Shown here: positions 1 through 10,609 of the stretch, piece by piece
Position numbering within the stretch: position 1 is the first letter of the stretch
Layout of the letters: the number at the start of each line of letters is the position of its first letter
NCBI GenBank assembly: GCA_964019425.1
Contig: OZ025794.1
Span: 1,364,001-1,428,000, forward strand
DNA from: Flectonema sp. DT1601
Taxonomy: Eukaryota
DNA length: 64,000 nucleotides
Direction: 5' to 3'
Position numbers and translations under genes: made by a program
Notes under the pieces: generated by a model
Database searches by the model: none
The model's input: the letters and a program-made list of their open reading frames with translations, nothing else
Told to the model about the DNA's origin: nothing

Positions 1-792
1 TCAACCACATCTTCTGTTTCTATGGAAGACGTTCACAAATCATCACCTGAATGTTATAAATGGTTTCAACTATACGTCTATCGAGATAAAAAAATAACCC
101 TCGACCTCATGAAGAGAGCTGAACAGAATAACTACTCAGCCATCTGTTTAACAGTTGATTTACCTGTACTTGGAAACAGAACATCACTTCAAAAAGGTGG
201 ATTCAAAGTACCCGATGGTATTGGAGTAAGAAATATAAAAGATTCAGCCAAATCAACACCTGGAGATCGGAAGGCATATGTAAGTAAGTTGTATGATCAA
301 AATATAACTGAGGAATTGTTAGTATGGATGTCGTCTCATACGAAGCTTCCAATTATTGTTAAAGGAGTTCTAAGTGTTGAGAGTGCTATTCGTATCGCTA
401 AGATATCATGTGTTAAAGGGATTGTTGTATCAAATCATGGAGGTAGACAGCTTAACAGTGCTATACCTCCAGCTTTAGCACTCCCTTCTATATCAGATGC
501 GGTTCAGAACTGTAATATTGCGAGAGTTAAAAACGGTCTTGTTCCAGTTCAAATATTCGCTGATGGAGGAATCCGACGCGGATCAGATATCTTTAAGGCA
601 CTCGCTCTCGGTGCTACAGCTGTTCTTATTGGTCGTCCAGTTATTTATGGAATGGCTGTGGGTGGTGCAGAAGGTGTTCAAAAAGTTCTTTCAATATTTC
701 TCGAAGAGTTAACAAATTGCATGCAGCTCAGTGGTGCTAAGAACCTCTCAGAGATAACACGTGATATGGTGTCATTGAAGTCTAATTATTAA
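1..792 (+). CDS. FMN-dependent alpha-hydroxy acid oxidase (glycolate oxidase/HAO family), 5'-partial
   Basis: Frame is open from base 1 (STTSSVSMEDV...). Family motifs WFQLY, LTVDLP, LPIIVKG, VSNHGGRQL, DGGIRRGSDIFKALALGA and GRP. Ends in -SNY*. Confidence 0.92.
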   Translation, partial: STTSSVSMEDVHKSSPECYKWFQLYVYRDKKITLDLMKRAEQNNYSAICLTVDLPVLGNRTSLQKGGFKVPDGIGVRNIKDSAKSTPGDRKAYVSKLYDQNITEELLVWMSSHTKLPIIVKGVLSVESAIRIAKISCVKGIVVSNHGGRQLNSAIPPALALPSISDAVQNCNIARVKNGLVPVQIFADGGIRRGSDIFKALALGATAVLIGRPVIYGMAVGGAEGVQKVLSIFLEELTNCMQLSGAKNLSEITRDMVSLKSNY

Positions 793-993
793 TCTAAAGC
801 ACTGCAGTCATTACGATTCGTGAGTCTTGTAGACTATCTTGTGAATACGTCAGCGTTCGTCATTAACCAATCTCCACTTTTCGGTATCTGACTAACCATT
901 TTATTCACTATGTTGTGAGTGAGATTCTACCTTGATACCTACAATGGATTATCATCATTTATATTTGTTTAGGAACAAAAATAAGAATAAAAA

Positions 994-2246
994 ATGGATC
1001 AAACAGAAGGAGGATGGATGTTGGAACAGGTAGGCGAAAGCTTCATCGCAAGTACCGGAAAGTGGTTGTTTAGAGGGAATATGGGAATTGATAGTGACGC
1101 CTCTCTCACTAAAGTTGCTCTGAAGGGAAAGCCAGTCAGGTCGATAGCTGAGAGCTCTGATGTATTATTTACAGTTGGAGATGAGAAAGTGATTGAAGCA
1201 AGGAGTAAGAATACACTAGAGGTAACACACACTAGCGATGCATTTGGAAAGAAGTTGGGAAAAGTTTACTTGTTGAATCCTAAAGACACAACAAAAATAT
1301 TAGTAGCCGATAAGACTGGTGATGTTTTTATTCTCAGCTTTGGTGATGAAGGATTTTCAAAACCTGAATTCTTTGTAGGACACACAGCGAGTATGATCAC
1401 AGGACTGACTTCATGTTTATCAAACAAGATTGTTGTTACTACTGACAAAGATGAACACATCAGATTTACGAGATACCCAACTACTTCAATAATAGAAGGA
1501 TACGCATTTGGACATACTGGATTCGTGTCAGCTCTTCAGAAAGTTTCAGAGAATGTAATTGCGACCGGAGGAGGTGACGGTTTGCTAAAGATTTGGGAAG
1601 TTCCAACTGGAAAATGTTTATTTACCGACTCGTACAGTGCTACCTGTACTATCAATGACTTATCTTTTGATTGTTCAACGAGTACATTGTTTGCTGCTGT
1701 TGAAGGTGTCGGAACTGTTAGCTACAAACTGGACCCTTCAAACTTACAAAACATCGTCGTGACAAAGACTGGAGTCATCGCCTCTAGAGTAGCCAGTCAA
1801 ATCATTTCATGCGGAGGTGTTCTAGTTGCTGCTTACATCGGATCAGGACAACCTTTTATTGAAAAGTTTTGTACCAAACCTCTTTCTGGTACTCAACAAT
1901 CACAAGTCTCACTAAAACCAATAGCTGTTGGACTTGGAGCTGATATTGTTGAAGTTAAACCTTCCTATTGGCAGGTGTGTACTTGTTGATGGTTTTTGTT
2001 TTCTTTAATACGTTTAACAGAAGGAGGAGGGAAAATAATAAATAAACAAAACAGGCTGAGCTCGAGAAGAAGCGTACGCTACGTGCGGGTATCGACACTC
2101 CGGGTGATATTCAGCGAAAGTATGTTTTCATTTCTTTTGTTGTGTTGAGTGATCCGAAGGTTGTATCAATTTGAGAAAGCAAATACGTAAAAAAAAAAAA
2201 AAACAGAAAAGCCGAAAAACGTGCAGCCACCGAGGTTGAGAAATAG
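994..2246 (+). CDS. WDR4: tRNA m7G46 methyltransferase non-catalytic WD40 subunit (Trm82/WDR4); exons 994-1974, 2055-2119, 2207-2246
   Basis: Motifs LVADKTGDV, GHTASMIT, TTDKDEHIR..RYP and IEGYAFGHTGFVS typical of Trm82. Two GT-AG introns (1975-2054, 2120-2206) splice in frame to TAG at 2244-2246. Confidence 0.82.
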
Positions 2247-2589
2247 TGTTCTACAAGTTGCAACTCAGCAGTGCAATTAATCGGCTTTAGCGAGAACGTG
2301 GTAAGATCTTAGTCACGGTTGTGAGGACAGTGTTCTCTCGTTCAATCAGTTGTGAGGTGGGAAAACTTCCAAACACAAAAACCCAATTTAAAGCAAGCCA
2401 GCTGATCAGATATTTCGTGGTCGCGGTTGCGGCTTCATCGTTTGAAATTACTTCACGGAACTCATCATAATTTCACATTACAGAAATCATTCATGACTGT
2501 GACGACTAACATCTCTCTTGAAATTCCAATAAACTTATCAATTCTTATTACTTTCAGGGTTTGTAAAAAACAAAGAGAAAACTAATAAA

Positions 2590-4263
2590 ATGGATCACAG
2601 CAGGAAAGATTGCTGTACATCACTTCAATACAGAGATTCTGTAAAGATTGAAGGATTAGCTTGTCAATGTATTGTTGGTGTTAAGGAACCAGAGAGACTA
2701 CACAGACAGAAAGTTGTGATTGAAGTAGAAATGTTTTTAGATACGTCTTCGTGTTCACTGTGTGATGATTTACAAAGAACTATTTCTTACGCGACGGTTT
2801 CGAGAGAAGTTCATAAATACGCTGAAGTATCACAACACGGATTACTCGAGACTCTAGCTCACGGGATCGCAAGAATCGTTTGTATGAACTTCGCAGTCCC
2901 CGAGTGCCGAGTTCGAATTGAAAAACCCAGAGCGGTCCCATTAGCTGACCAGGCGGTTGTTGAAATTATGAGGAAGAGATCATTCTTTACTTCTGAAATC
3001 GCAAATAAAAGTATCGGAAACAACACCGCTTACGCTTCCCTCAGATCTTCGTTGACTGAAAAGCCACCAGCAGGTCAACATTTAGTATTTTTAGCATTAG
3101 GTTCGAATATTGGTAATACCTGTGATAATCTAAGTAATGCAGTTGAACAGCTAAGATCTGCAGGGGTGGCTGTTGATGGTCGGATATGTACTTCTGGAAT
3201 GTACAGTACTCCAGCAACTTATGAGACAGATCAAAGTAATTTCTGTAATGCAGTTGTTGCCTGCAGATCAACTCTCGACCCTTTCACTTTATTGAGAACA
3301 GTTAAACAAATTGAGGATAGCATGGGACGAACTGAAACTTACAGAAATGGACCGAGAGTAATTGATATTGATATACTACTACATGGTCAGCTAACACTTA
3401 AATCAGAAACATTAACAATACCCCATGAGAACATGCATAAGAGATTATTTGTGTTGCTTCCACTTTGTGATATCGCACCGAGTACTTTAAATCATCCTGT
3501 TTTAGACTTGCCGTTCAGAGACTTAACGAATTCACTTTTAAGTAATTCCCTCAGACGAATCCAAGGAGAGGAAGACGCATCTCTCATCCACAGACTTATT
3601 CCTTTTGCTGGAAACACATCAACTCATTCAAGAACACTTGCAGTAGCAGAAGGACGTTCTGTTGAAAAGGCGCGTTCTGAAGCTGCTGCTGGAGCCGATG
3701 CTGTTCTCGTGTATGATCTGTCAACTGCTAAAGAGTTAATTGAGAGTGAAGATTTCAAGAAATCGATTATGTTCTACGTTGATAATAAAAGTATTGATGA
3801 TTGTCTATCGTTGTTGGAAATGAAATCCACTATTGGAGTTTTATATTTGTCACTGTCAGTGTTGTCCAGCGACAAGCTGAAAGCAATCGCTGAAAAAGTA
3901 GCAGAAAAAAGACTCTCAGTCGTATTGGAACTAAATGGACCTGATGCTAGTGACTACGTCTCAGTATTGGAAGGTCTTGGAATTAACAGATGGCAAGTAG
4001 TAGTTGATCCGGGTTATTCATGTGACTCAAAGAGTGCTCTTTCATATCTAACATCACCACCTGTTGCTATCCCATACGCGAAGTGTATGCATCTAGCATC
4101 TGATAAATTAATGATTAATGGTAATAGACTTAGTGATGCGGTACTTGTCTCAGCTGCGATTCAATGTAAAGCTGATATGATTATTGTGCCATCAATTATA
4201 CCTGTTACTCAGGTTATTGAGAGTGCTGATGCTCTTTATAAGTCTGGAAATCCTGAAATATAA
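2590..4263 (+). CDS. Folate pathway fusion (FOL1-like): dihydroneopterin aldolase + HPPK + degenerate DHPS-like C-terminal domain
   Basis: FolB motifs IVGV..PER...QKV, ISYA, LLETLA and IEKP. FolK motifs LALGSNIG, NAV, GPRVIDIDIL, LTIPH and RLFVLLPL. The C-terminal ~220 aa retain only WQVVVDPG and ADMIIV remnants of DHPS. Confidence 0.85.
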   Translation: MDHSRKDCCTSLQYRDSVKIEGLACQCIVGVKEPERLHRQKVVIEVEMFLDTSSCSLCDDLQRTISYATVSREVHKYAEVSQHGLLETLAHGIARIVCMNFAVPECRVRIEKPRAVPLADQAVVEIMRKRSFFTSEIANKSIGNNTAYASLRSSLTEKPPAGQHLVFLALGSNIGNTCDNLSNAVEQLRSAGVAVDGRICTSGMYSTPATYETDQSNFCNAVVACRSTLDPFTLLRTVKQIEDSMGRTETYRNGPRVIDIDILLHGQLTLKSETLTIPHENMHKRLFVLLPLCDIAPSTLNHPVLDLPFRDLTNSLLSNSLRRIQGEEDASLIHRLIPFAGNTSTHSRTLAVAEGRSVEKARSEAAAGADAVLVYDLSTAKELIESEDFKKSIMFYVDNKSIDDCLSLLEMKSTIGVLYLSLSVLSSDKLKAIAEKVAEKRLSVVLELNGPDASDYVSVLEGLGINRWQVVVDPGYSCDSKSALSYLTSPPVAIPYAKCMHLASDKLMINGNRLSDAVLVSAAIQCKADMIIVPSIIPVTQVIESADALYKSGNPEI

Positions 4264-4901
4264 ACGACGTAGTCGACAGGCTTCATGTCGTTGACAGTCT
4301 GTTTTTTATCTGGACTTGCAGGGAAAAAACAAAAAAAAAAAAAGGGGAGACATATTATTATCATCCAGTTGCGCATTTCTTATACCAAAAAACGTAGACG
4401 GGATATGTGTTTGTTTTTTCTCGTTTTAAATGAGTAGGGACACATCATATCTGGTTTTTAATTTTCATTATTTTAGCCTTTCAAATTTAGTCAACATTAA
4501 AAACGAGAGGGAACCCGATTCCAAAAAAAAAAAAAATAAATAAATGAAATTGTCGGAGAGAAAAGAAACAAAATAGCAATGAAAAAAAAAAAAAAAAAAC
4601 GACCAAAAAAATAAAATAAAACGGCCTAATTAGTTTCCCTCCTTTTTCTCTACATATTCATTACGCTAAATTGGGTTTCTGTTTCTTTTTTATAATATTT
4701 AACAAGCAGCATTTATTCAATGTTGTGTTTATAACGTACATGTTTTAATAATCTATTTCAATCAAAAAAACAACAACCCCACATACGATGAGTGAATACT
4801 ATTTAACTACAAAGTTTAACAGTAGAACGTCTTAAGAGGAGGAGAAGAAGATCTCAATGTAATCAATTATACTTTCTCACAGACTGGTCAATAATTATAA
4901 A

Positions 4902-5392
4902 ATGAATTTTGACCATGGCAGAACTGAGCAAGAGATGGCTGTTGAACAGTTTATGGATTCCTGTGCTGTTCGATCATGTATGGCAGGGTTCGGAGGATTG
5001 GTAATGGGTGCTGGTTTTAGCTTATTCGGAATGATGTTGGGAGGTAGTCAAATGGACAATGTTGGAGTCAAAGAGTTTTGGAGAAGAGCAGGAAAAAACG
5101 CAGTTCGAATGGGAAAAGGTTTCGCAGCGTTCGGATTCTTCTTCAGCGGATTCGAAGCAGTTCTTGAAAAGAGAAGAGGAAAACACGACTGGAAAAACGC
5201 TGGAATTGCAGGAGGTTCTCTAGGAGCTGTCCAGGGATACAAGTTCGGAGGTCCCATCGCATCAGTAGCAGGTATGTAACTATCAGCAGTCATCAATTAA
5301 ATTAAACAAATAAATAAAAATTAAATAACAAAACAGGTGCCACAGTCGGAGCTGGATTCTGTGCGGCAATTGATTGGTTCATGGACATGTAA
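4902..5392 (+). CDS. TIM22: Mitochondrial inner-membrane translocase Tim17/22/23 family, Tim22-like; exons 4902-5271, 5337-5392
   Basis: FMDSC..., glycine-rich TM helices and RGKHDWKN..IAG. Splicing intron 5272-5336 gives the C-terminus GFCAAIDWFMDM*, matching the Tim22 F.AAID end. Confidence 0.8.
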
Positions 5393-5869
5393 ATATAAAT
5401 AACTTGTTTATGGTACTATTTAATAGTCGTCAAAAGGTCATCCTTTCCAGACGCGACCTGCTCATGCAGGTCTTTTATGTGACTAATAGCAGGCAGTCCT
5501 GCAGAGATCATTCATCAGAAGTATCGTTCAGTTTGTTTCTACCAAAAAAATTTTAAAAAAAAAAGAGAGGAAAAAGAGAGATAAATGCTTATTGCTTTGA
5601 AATCTTTTCGTTGGTTGTTTATAGCGATGACTCCCTTACAATTATTATTACATTTTTCTTTACCTCTTCTCAGGAATACAACTGTTTGGTACAAAATAGA
5701 ATAACCAACAGCATGAGCTGCCGCCTCACAAAGTAAGAAAAACCAGTATGCGGTTTTGCTGTTGTGGAAAGAGGGGAGTCAGTGATGTAATAGAGGTGTG
5801 TTGTTTATCTATTTAATTAAAAAAAAAAAAAAAATCTCTCTGATTGTTATATTAACGACACCAAAACAG

Positions 5870-7642
5870 ACAATTGAAGATGGTGACACACAAGTTGACT
5901 TTAGCGGAATTTCAGTAAACAAATCCGACGTAACTTCGATACAAGCTGATGGTAGATGTCAGAGGCTATCACAAATGCATTTTAATTGGTGTGGACTTGA
6001 CGACGCATTTTGTCATAAATTATGCGAATGGTTGTCTCCTCCGTGCAGGATCACAACTATAAACTTAGTTGGGAATAACATAACTGACAAAGGTGCTGGA
6101 TATCTCGCAGAGGCATTAGAGAAAGACGGAAACCAGATTGCTTATTTATCAGTTTCTGTAAATAAAATAACGAACAGTGGTCTATTTCGATTATTAGAAG
6201 CCGCGACATCTCCTCAAAGCAAACTTTCAGATTTGAGAATTGGAAATAATAAAATTTGTTTTGAATCGGCTGCAGAACTTGACAAGTTTTATGGATGTGG
6301 ATGTTTAGTATTTGTTGATTTCAGGGACAACAAGATAAATCAAAAAGTAGTGACTGAAATAATGAAAGGATTCGCTACTGGAAGTAGACTAACAACGATA
6401 GACATCAAGGGGATAATACCACAAGCTAGAGCTCCTGTTAAAAGACACAAGTTAACTGACATCACAACAGGTGGTGATGAAATCTCAATAGTAATTGATG
6501 ATGGGATGATAGAGATTGATGCTGGAGATTCTAATCAAAAATTACAAACCATCACTCCAATAGCTGCCTCTCCTGCAGATGAACTCCAAACCCATGATAC
6601 ATCACAAAATATTATTCATAGTGAAGAAGAGGTTGGCACGGTTGAGTACTCTCTTAATCCTGATCACAGTTATCTAATGGAAGATGAAACAAAGAGAACT
6701 GATTCTAATAATTCACTTGATAAACCAAAACCTGACGGCAATGATTGTACCACTCGTACAAATGTTTCTGGTCAGGATTTACAAGTTGTTACTTCAAACT
6801 TAAAAACAACAGACATTACTGAAGCAGACGTACCAGAATGGAGCAATCCGAATTTCAACTCCAGTTTGAAACAAACAACTTTTGGTGAGGGTGATATGCA
6901 ACCAGAAGACTCTATTCAAACAACAGACGAACCAGACTGGTCACCTGATATTAATGAGGTTGCTTTTACACCAGTATGGCCAGAAAATAATGAAAACCCT
7001 CCTCTGGAAGAACAAAACAATCCACACTCAAATCATACTAACGAGGAGTCCTTAGTTCCAGATAATGGTTTCACCCCACAGTGGGAAGACTCCTCAAATA
7101 ATATTATTAAAGAAACAGCACAACCAATTCAATCTGATAATCCTTTACGGAGTCCAGAAGTTGTTAATGAATTACCTCAAGAGACTTCATCCTTTAATAA
7201 GGTCTCTGATCATCACACTAATTCAGAATGGATTGATTCTAAAATCCAACCAGCAGACACTGATGTCGGTCTAGAGTGGAGTGATGTTAAACAAAATACC
7301 ACCGCAGTTGAGAACTGGACGGATAGTAGTCAGCTGACAGAGGCAGCTGATGTCACTAAACAACTCACAGCTGATAGTCAGAGTGCTCAAGTTACGCAAG
7401 TCCAGGAATGGAGTGATCAGCCTTCCCAACCTCTTGAACATCATGTTGACCCAAATGATGCTGTCGATGTTGAGAACTGGGAGGATAGTAGTAAGCTAAC
7501 GGGGATTGCTGTAAACAGTCAGGAAGCTAACGTCACACAACCTGATGAGGTTCCAGAGTGGAAAGAAATTGAACAACAACGTTCCTCTGGTGATCTTAAC
7601 ATTGGAAATCAATTAACTGAATCAAATGATGTTACTAATTAG
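5870..7642 (+). CDS. RNI-like leucine-rich repeat protein with a long acidic, Trp-repeat C-terminal tail (5' end unresolved)
   Basis: LRRs such as ITTINLVGNNITDKGAGYLAEAL, IAYLSVSVNKITNSG and LSDLRIGNNKI. An A-rich AG acceptor ends at 5869 and the first in-frame ATG is at 5975; no convincing upstream coding exon was found. Confidence 0.7.
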   Translation, partial: TIEDGDTQVDFSGISVNKSDVTSIQADGRCQRLSQMHFNWCGLDDAFCHKLCEWLSPPCRITTINLVGNNITDKGAGYLAEALEKDGNQIAYLSVSVNKITNSGLFRLLEAATSPQSKLSDLRIGNNKICFESAAELDKFYGCGCLVFVDFRDNKINQKVVTEIMKGFATGSRLTTIDIKGIIPQARAPVKRHKLTDITTGGDEISIVIDDGMIEIDAGDSNQKLQTITPIAASPADELQTHDTSQNIIHSEEEVGTVEYSLNPDHSYLMEDETKRTDSNNSLDKPKPDGNDCTTRTNVSGQDLQVVTSNLKTTDITEADVPEWSNPNFNSSLKQTTFGEGDMQPEDSIQTTDEPDWSPDINEVAFTPVWPENNENPPLEEQNNPHSNHTNEESLVPDNGFTPQWEDSSNNIIKETAQPIQSDNPLRSPEVVNELPQETSSFNKVSDHHTNSEWIDSKIQPADTDVGLEWSDVKQNTTAVENWTDSSQLTEAADVTKQLTADSQSAQVTQVQEWSDQPSQPLEHHVDPNDAVDVENWEDSSKLTGIAVNSQEANVTQPDEVPEWKEIEQQRSSGDLNIGNQLTESNDVTN

Positions 7643-8692
7643 GAATCACCTGATGAAGACATTCTACCAAACTTAATCAAAAGTAGGAGGTCGTTCCCTT
7701 GCCTTTCTTTTCGGATTGTCCTTCTTGGGAGCAGACAATAACAAAATGCGCTTGTTTTGTTTCTTTGTTTCTTTCTTTCTAATTTTCAGATTTCCCTTCT
7801 TTTTTTTTGTGCGAAGACAACAAGATATCTGCAAACACCTCCCCCTTGCTGTTGTTTTTCGTTGAAATTATATTACGAAAAGTCATGCGAAATGATAAAA
7901 AATATTTCTTTCCCCTTATTAAAATAATTCTGTTGTCAAGTAAAAAGGATAAACCCCCCTGGTCATATCCACTCGGAAGATAGTCACTTCATTCATTAGA
8001 GGATGGCTGTCACCTGCAGTATTAACAAAAACTGCTTGGGTGTTGATGCAAGCCGATTCTTTTTTTTTCTTCTTTTTTCGCAATGTGTAAATCAGCTGAC
8101 ACTATCGCTGTGGTAACGTGTGTGTTGATCGTTGGTAACGAACATATCAACGATCATACAGAGCGACTGTCTTTCGGCTGATTATTATTATTTCTTTTCC
8201 CATTGTCTTTTTTAAATACATGGTTGTTCCGAGTTCTTAGTTTAAAAATTCCACAAGAGCTACTCCGGTTCTCTGTGAGTGTCCTTCAACTACTACTTGG
8301 CGGCATGTTAGACTCGTTAACTAACTAAAATGTGATAAAGCTAGCGATTAGGCATCACCGATTTTTGAGAATCTTTTCTTTTTTTTTCGGATAAAAATAG
8401 GAAACGGAAGATCGGTTCTTTTTTTTTTTTTTTTTTTTTGTAAAATAGTTTTTTAAAAAAAAAAAAGAATGAGTAGTCGAGCAGGTCAGTTATTTTTTGG
8501 TTTTTTCGAGAAATTTTTTTTTTTTCGTTTTTGTTATCCTGTTTTTTATTGAAATATTAAAATTTTGTTTTATTTTAATGGAATCTCTTCGGTCTTATTG
8601 TTGACAGGTTCAAATCAACAGATAACTCAACCCGCACGTCTTAGTCAATTCACTTCACAAGCGACAGGTTGGGTGATCTTCATAAAAAGAAA

Positions 8693-10609
8693 ATGGCATC
8701 TGACGCAGCAGCCGAGCAACGATCTACTTTTTCTGATGCCTTTAATGAATCTGCCCCATCACCCTTTGCTACTTTACCAACTGGTGGCAATGCAACTCTA
8801 CTTGCAGTAATGAAAGCCTCTTCAATACTGCGATGTGCTACTCAAAGAGAATCACTAAGAGAATATCAGGAGGAGGATTTGTTTAAACGATCGGCAAAGA
8901 GATCGGCTTTACGTAAGATGAGTGCTAAGATATTAAAAGACACTGATAAGAGTGTGGAAAGTTCTATATCCTTATCAAAAGATGAAAAGTTGATTCAAGC
9001 TTTAAAACGAGAAAAGACATCAACAACAGCATTGCGTGCTAAGATAACCCTCCTTGAAAATCAGCTACGACAGAAAACAGAATTAGCTGTAATGCTTCAA
9101 ACAAGTATAGATGAAGGATACAAGACTACATTAATTAGAAGGAAATCATCCGTTAATCTCAAAGATGTTGAGAATGAAAACAGTAATGACTTCCTAATAA
9201 TTGGACTTGCAAACCAACTTCAAATAATTTCAGAATTAAAAGAGGAAATTGAAACTGTTCGGGAAGCTCTGAACACTGTTCCTTTGATATGCGGAGACGT
9301 CATTCAACGATGTCAAGATTTTATTAAAAACATGTCTGCTGCTAAGGTTTCGAAATTCAGTAATCCGACACCCACACCTACACCCGCACCAACATCTGTT
9401 GTTGTTATGAAAAGTAACATTTCTACACAAACACATTTATCAAAGACTCAGGAAAAGAGTGTTCTCACAGAACCAACACCAACAAGAGATCAATCATGGC
9501 AGGCTGACCTTCTTCAATCTGGTGAAGTAAGAATTCAAAAAGTAGTTGAGAAGGTTCCTCAATATATTGAAAAGCCTGCTGTCATAACTGAGGAAGTTGA
9601 TACTCAAACAGAATCAGTGGAGGAACCTGAGGAAGTGGAACCTCAGAAAATAGAAATTCCAAAACCGATCATAATTCGACCGAGAGAAGTACCCAAGACT
9701 GATGTCGCAGTACAAACACTTGCTGTGAAGGAAAAGATTGTTGAGGTAATAAAGATCGTTCAGCAGCAGGTTGCTCCAAAAAAGCCATCCATAACCGCAC
9801 CTCCAAAACCGGCAACAATATCAGAACGATCTCCACAACCTCCGGTACAAAAACCATCACCTCCCCCTGAACCCCAACGGAAAAAAAATCGCCAAACCGA
9901 GCCAATAAAAAAAAAGAATAAACCTAACTACAAGTCAGTCTTTAAGGTGTACTGTTTCGCGTGTGGTGGAGGTCCTTTCAGAGGTCTTGGTGCGTGTCCG
10001 AATGAAGATTGTAGGAATCCACTTTATTATGGAACACAAGCAGCTGCTGCAACAAAAACTAGTTTAATAAAAGCAGAAGTAAAAAGAGAATGGACTGCGA
10101 GAATAGAACAAGTTGCTGCCTGGCAGATGAGCGATAATTTATTATCATCTTCAAGACATTTTGAAACTTGTGAGTTTAGTGGAGAATTGCCTTCTGTAGT
10201 GTCGGAGGTGGAAGCGCCTCTTCCGAAGTTATTTTATCAAAAAAAGGAACCTTCTGTACCTTATCACTTCACGTTATCTCGTCACGTCATGCAAACAAAA
10301 AAGACTGAGCAGCACTGGACTGCTGGTCTTGTACTTCCTTCTGGGGTTTCTGAATCAAAATTAAATTTATGTAATGAACATCTGGTCGAAGGAAATGCTA
10401 CCGGTCGGTGTAAGAATTACTTTTCGCCATCTCGAAAGTCGTCACCAAATAATCGAATCAACAGACAATCGATACCTCAAGAGAGATACACAACTTGTGG
10501 GGAAAGGAACTTTATTGATCATGTGTGTACTCTCTTTACTCCTCGTCCAAAAGAGAAGCCACCCGAAGTTGCAAATGTTCGCTCCTCTCCTCTTCCTTTG
10601 CTGATGTAA
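8693..10609 (+). CDS. Hypothetical coiled-coil protein with TQT-like motifs, a Pro-rich region and a CxxC...CxxxxC motif
   Basis: Long ORF; first ATG at 8693 in aaaATGG context; heptad-rich N-terminal half; CFAC...CPNEDC near 9953-10013. Confidence 0.7.
   Translation: MASDAAAEQRSTFSDAFNESAPSPFATLPTGGNATLLAVMKASSILRCATQRESLREYQEEDLFKRSAKRSALRKMSAKILKDTDKSVESSISLSKDEKLIQALKREKTSTTALRAKITLLENQLRQKTELAVMLQTSIDEGYKTTLIRRKSSVNLKDVENENSNDFLIIGLANQLQIISELKEEIETVREALNTVPLICGDVIQRCQDFIKNMSAAKVSKFSNPTPTPTPAPTSVVVMKSNISTQTHLSKTQEKSVLTEPTPTRDQSWQADLLQSGEVRIQKVVEKVPQYIEKPAVITEEVDTQTESVEEPEEVEPQKIEIPKPIIIRPREVPKTDVAVQTLAVKEKIVEVIKIVQQQVAPKKPSITAPPKPATISERSPQPPVQKPSPPPEPQRKKNRQTEPIKKKNKPNYKSVFKVYCFACGGGPFRGLGACPNEDCRNPLYYGTQAAAATKTSLIKAEVKREWTARIEQVAAWQMSDNLLSSSRHFETCEFSGELPSVVSEVEAPLPKLFYQKKEPSVPYHFTLSRHVMQTKKTEQHWTAGLVLPSGVSESKLNLCNEHLVEGNATGRCKNYFSPSRKSSPNNRINRQSIPQERYTTCGERNFIDHVCTLFTPRPKEKPPEVANVRSSPLPLLM

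Noticed and set aside
5713..5869. ATG at 5713 as first coding exon of the LRR gene
   Set aside because: The GTAAGA donor at 5733 gives phase 2 while the acceptor at 5869 needs phase 0, and the unspliced frame stops at 5734-5736.
7640..7642. Genome-wide stop-codon reassignment
   Set aside because: Conserved genes read through with the standard code, have no in-frame stops, and end at TAA, TAG or TGA at the expected positions.
8469..8668. ATG at 8469 + GTCAGT donor as first exon of the 8693 gene
   Set aside because: No nearby acceptor joins it to the long ORF without a stop; more likely 5'-UTR sequence.
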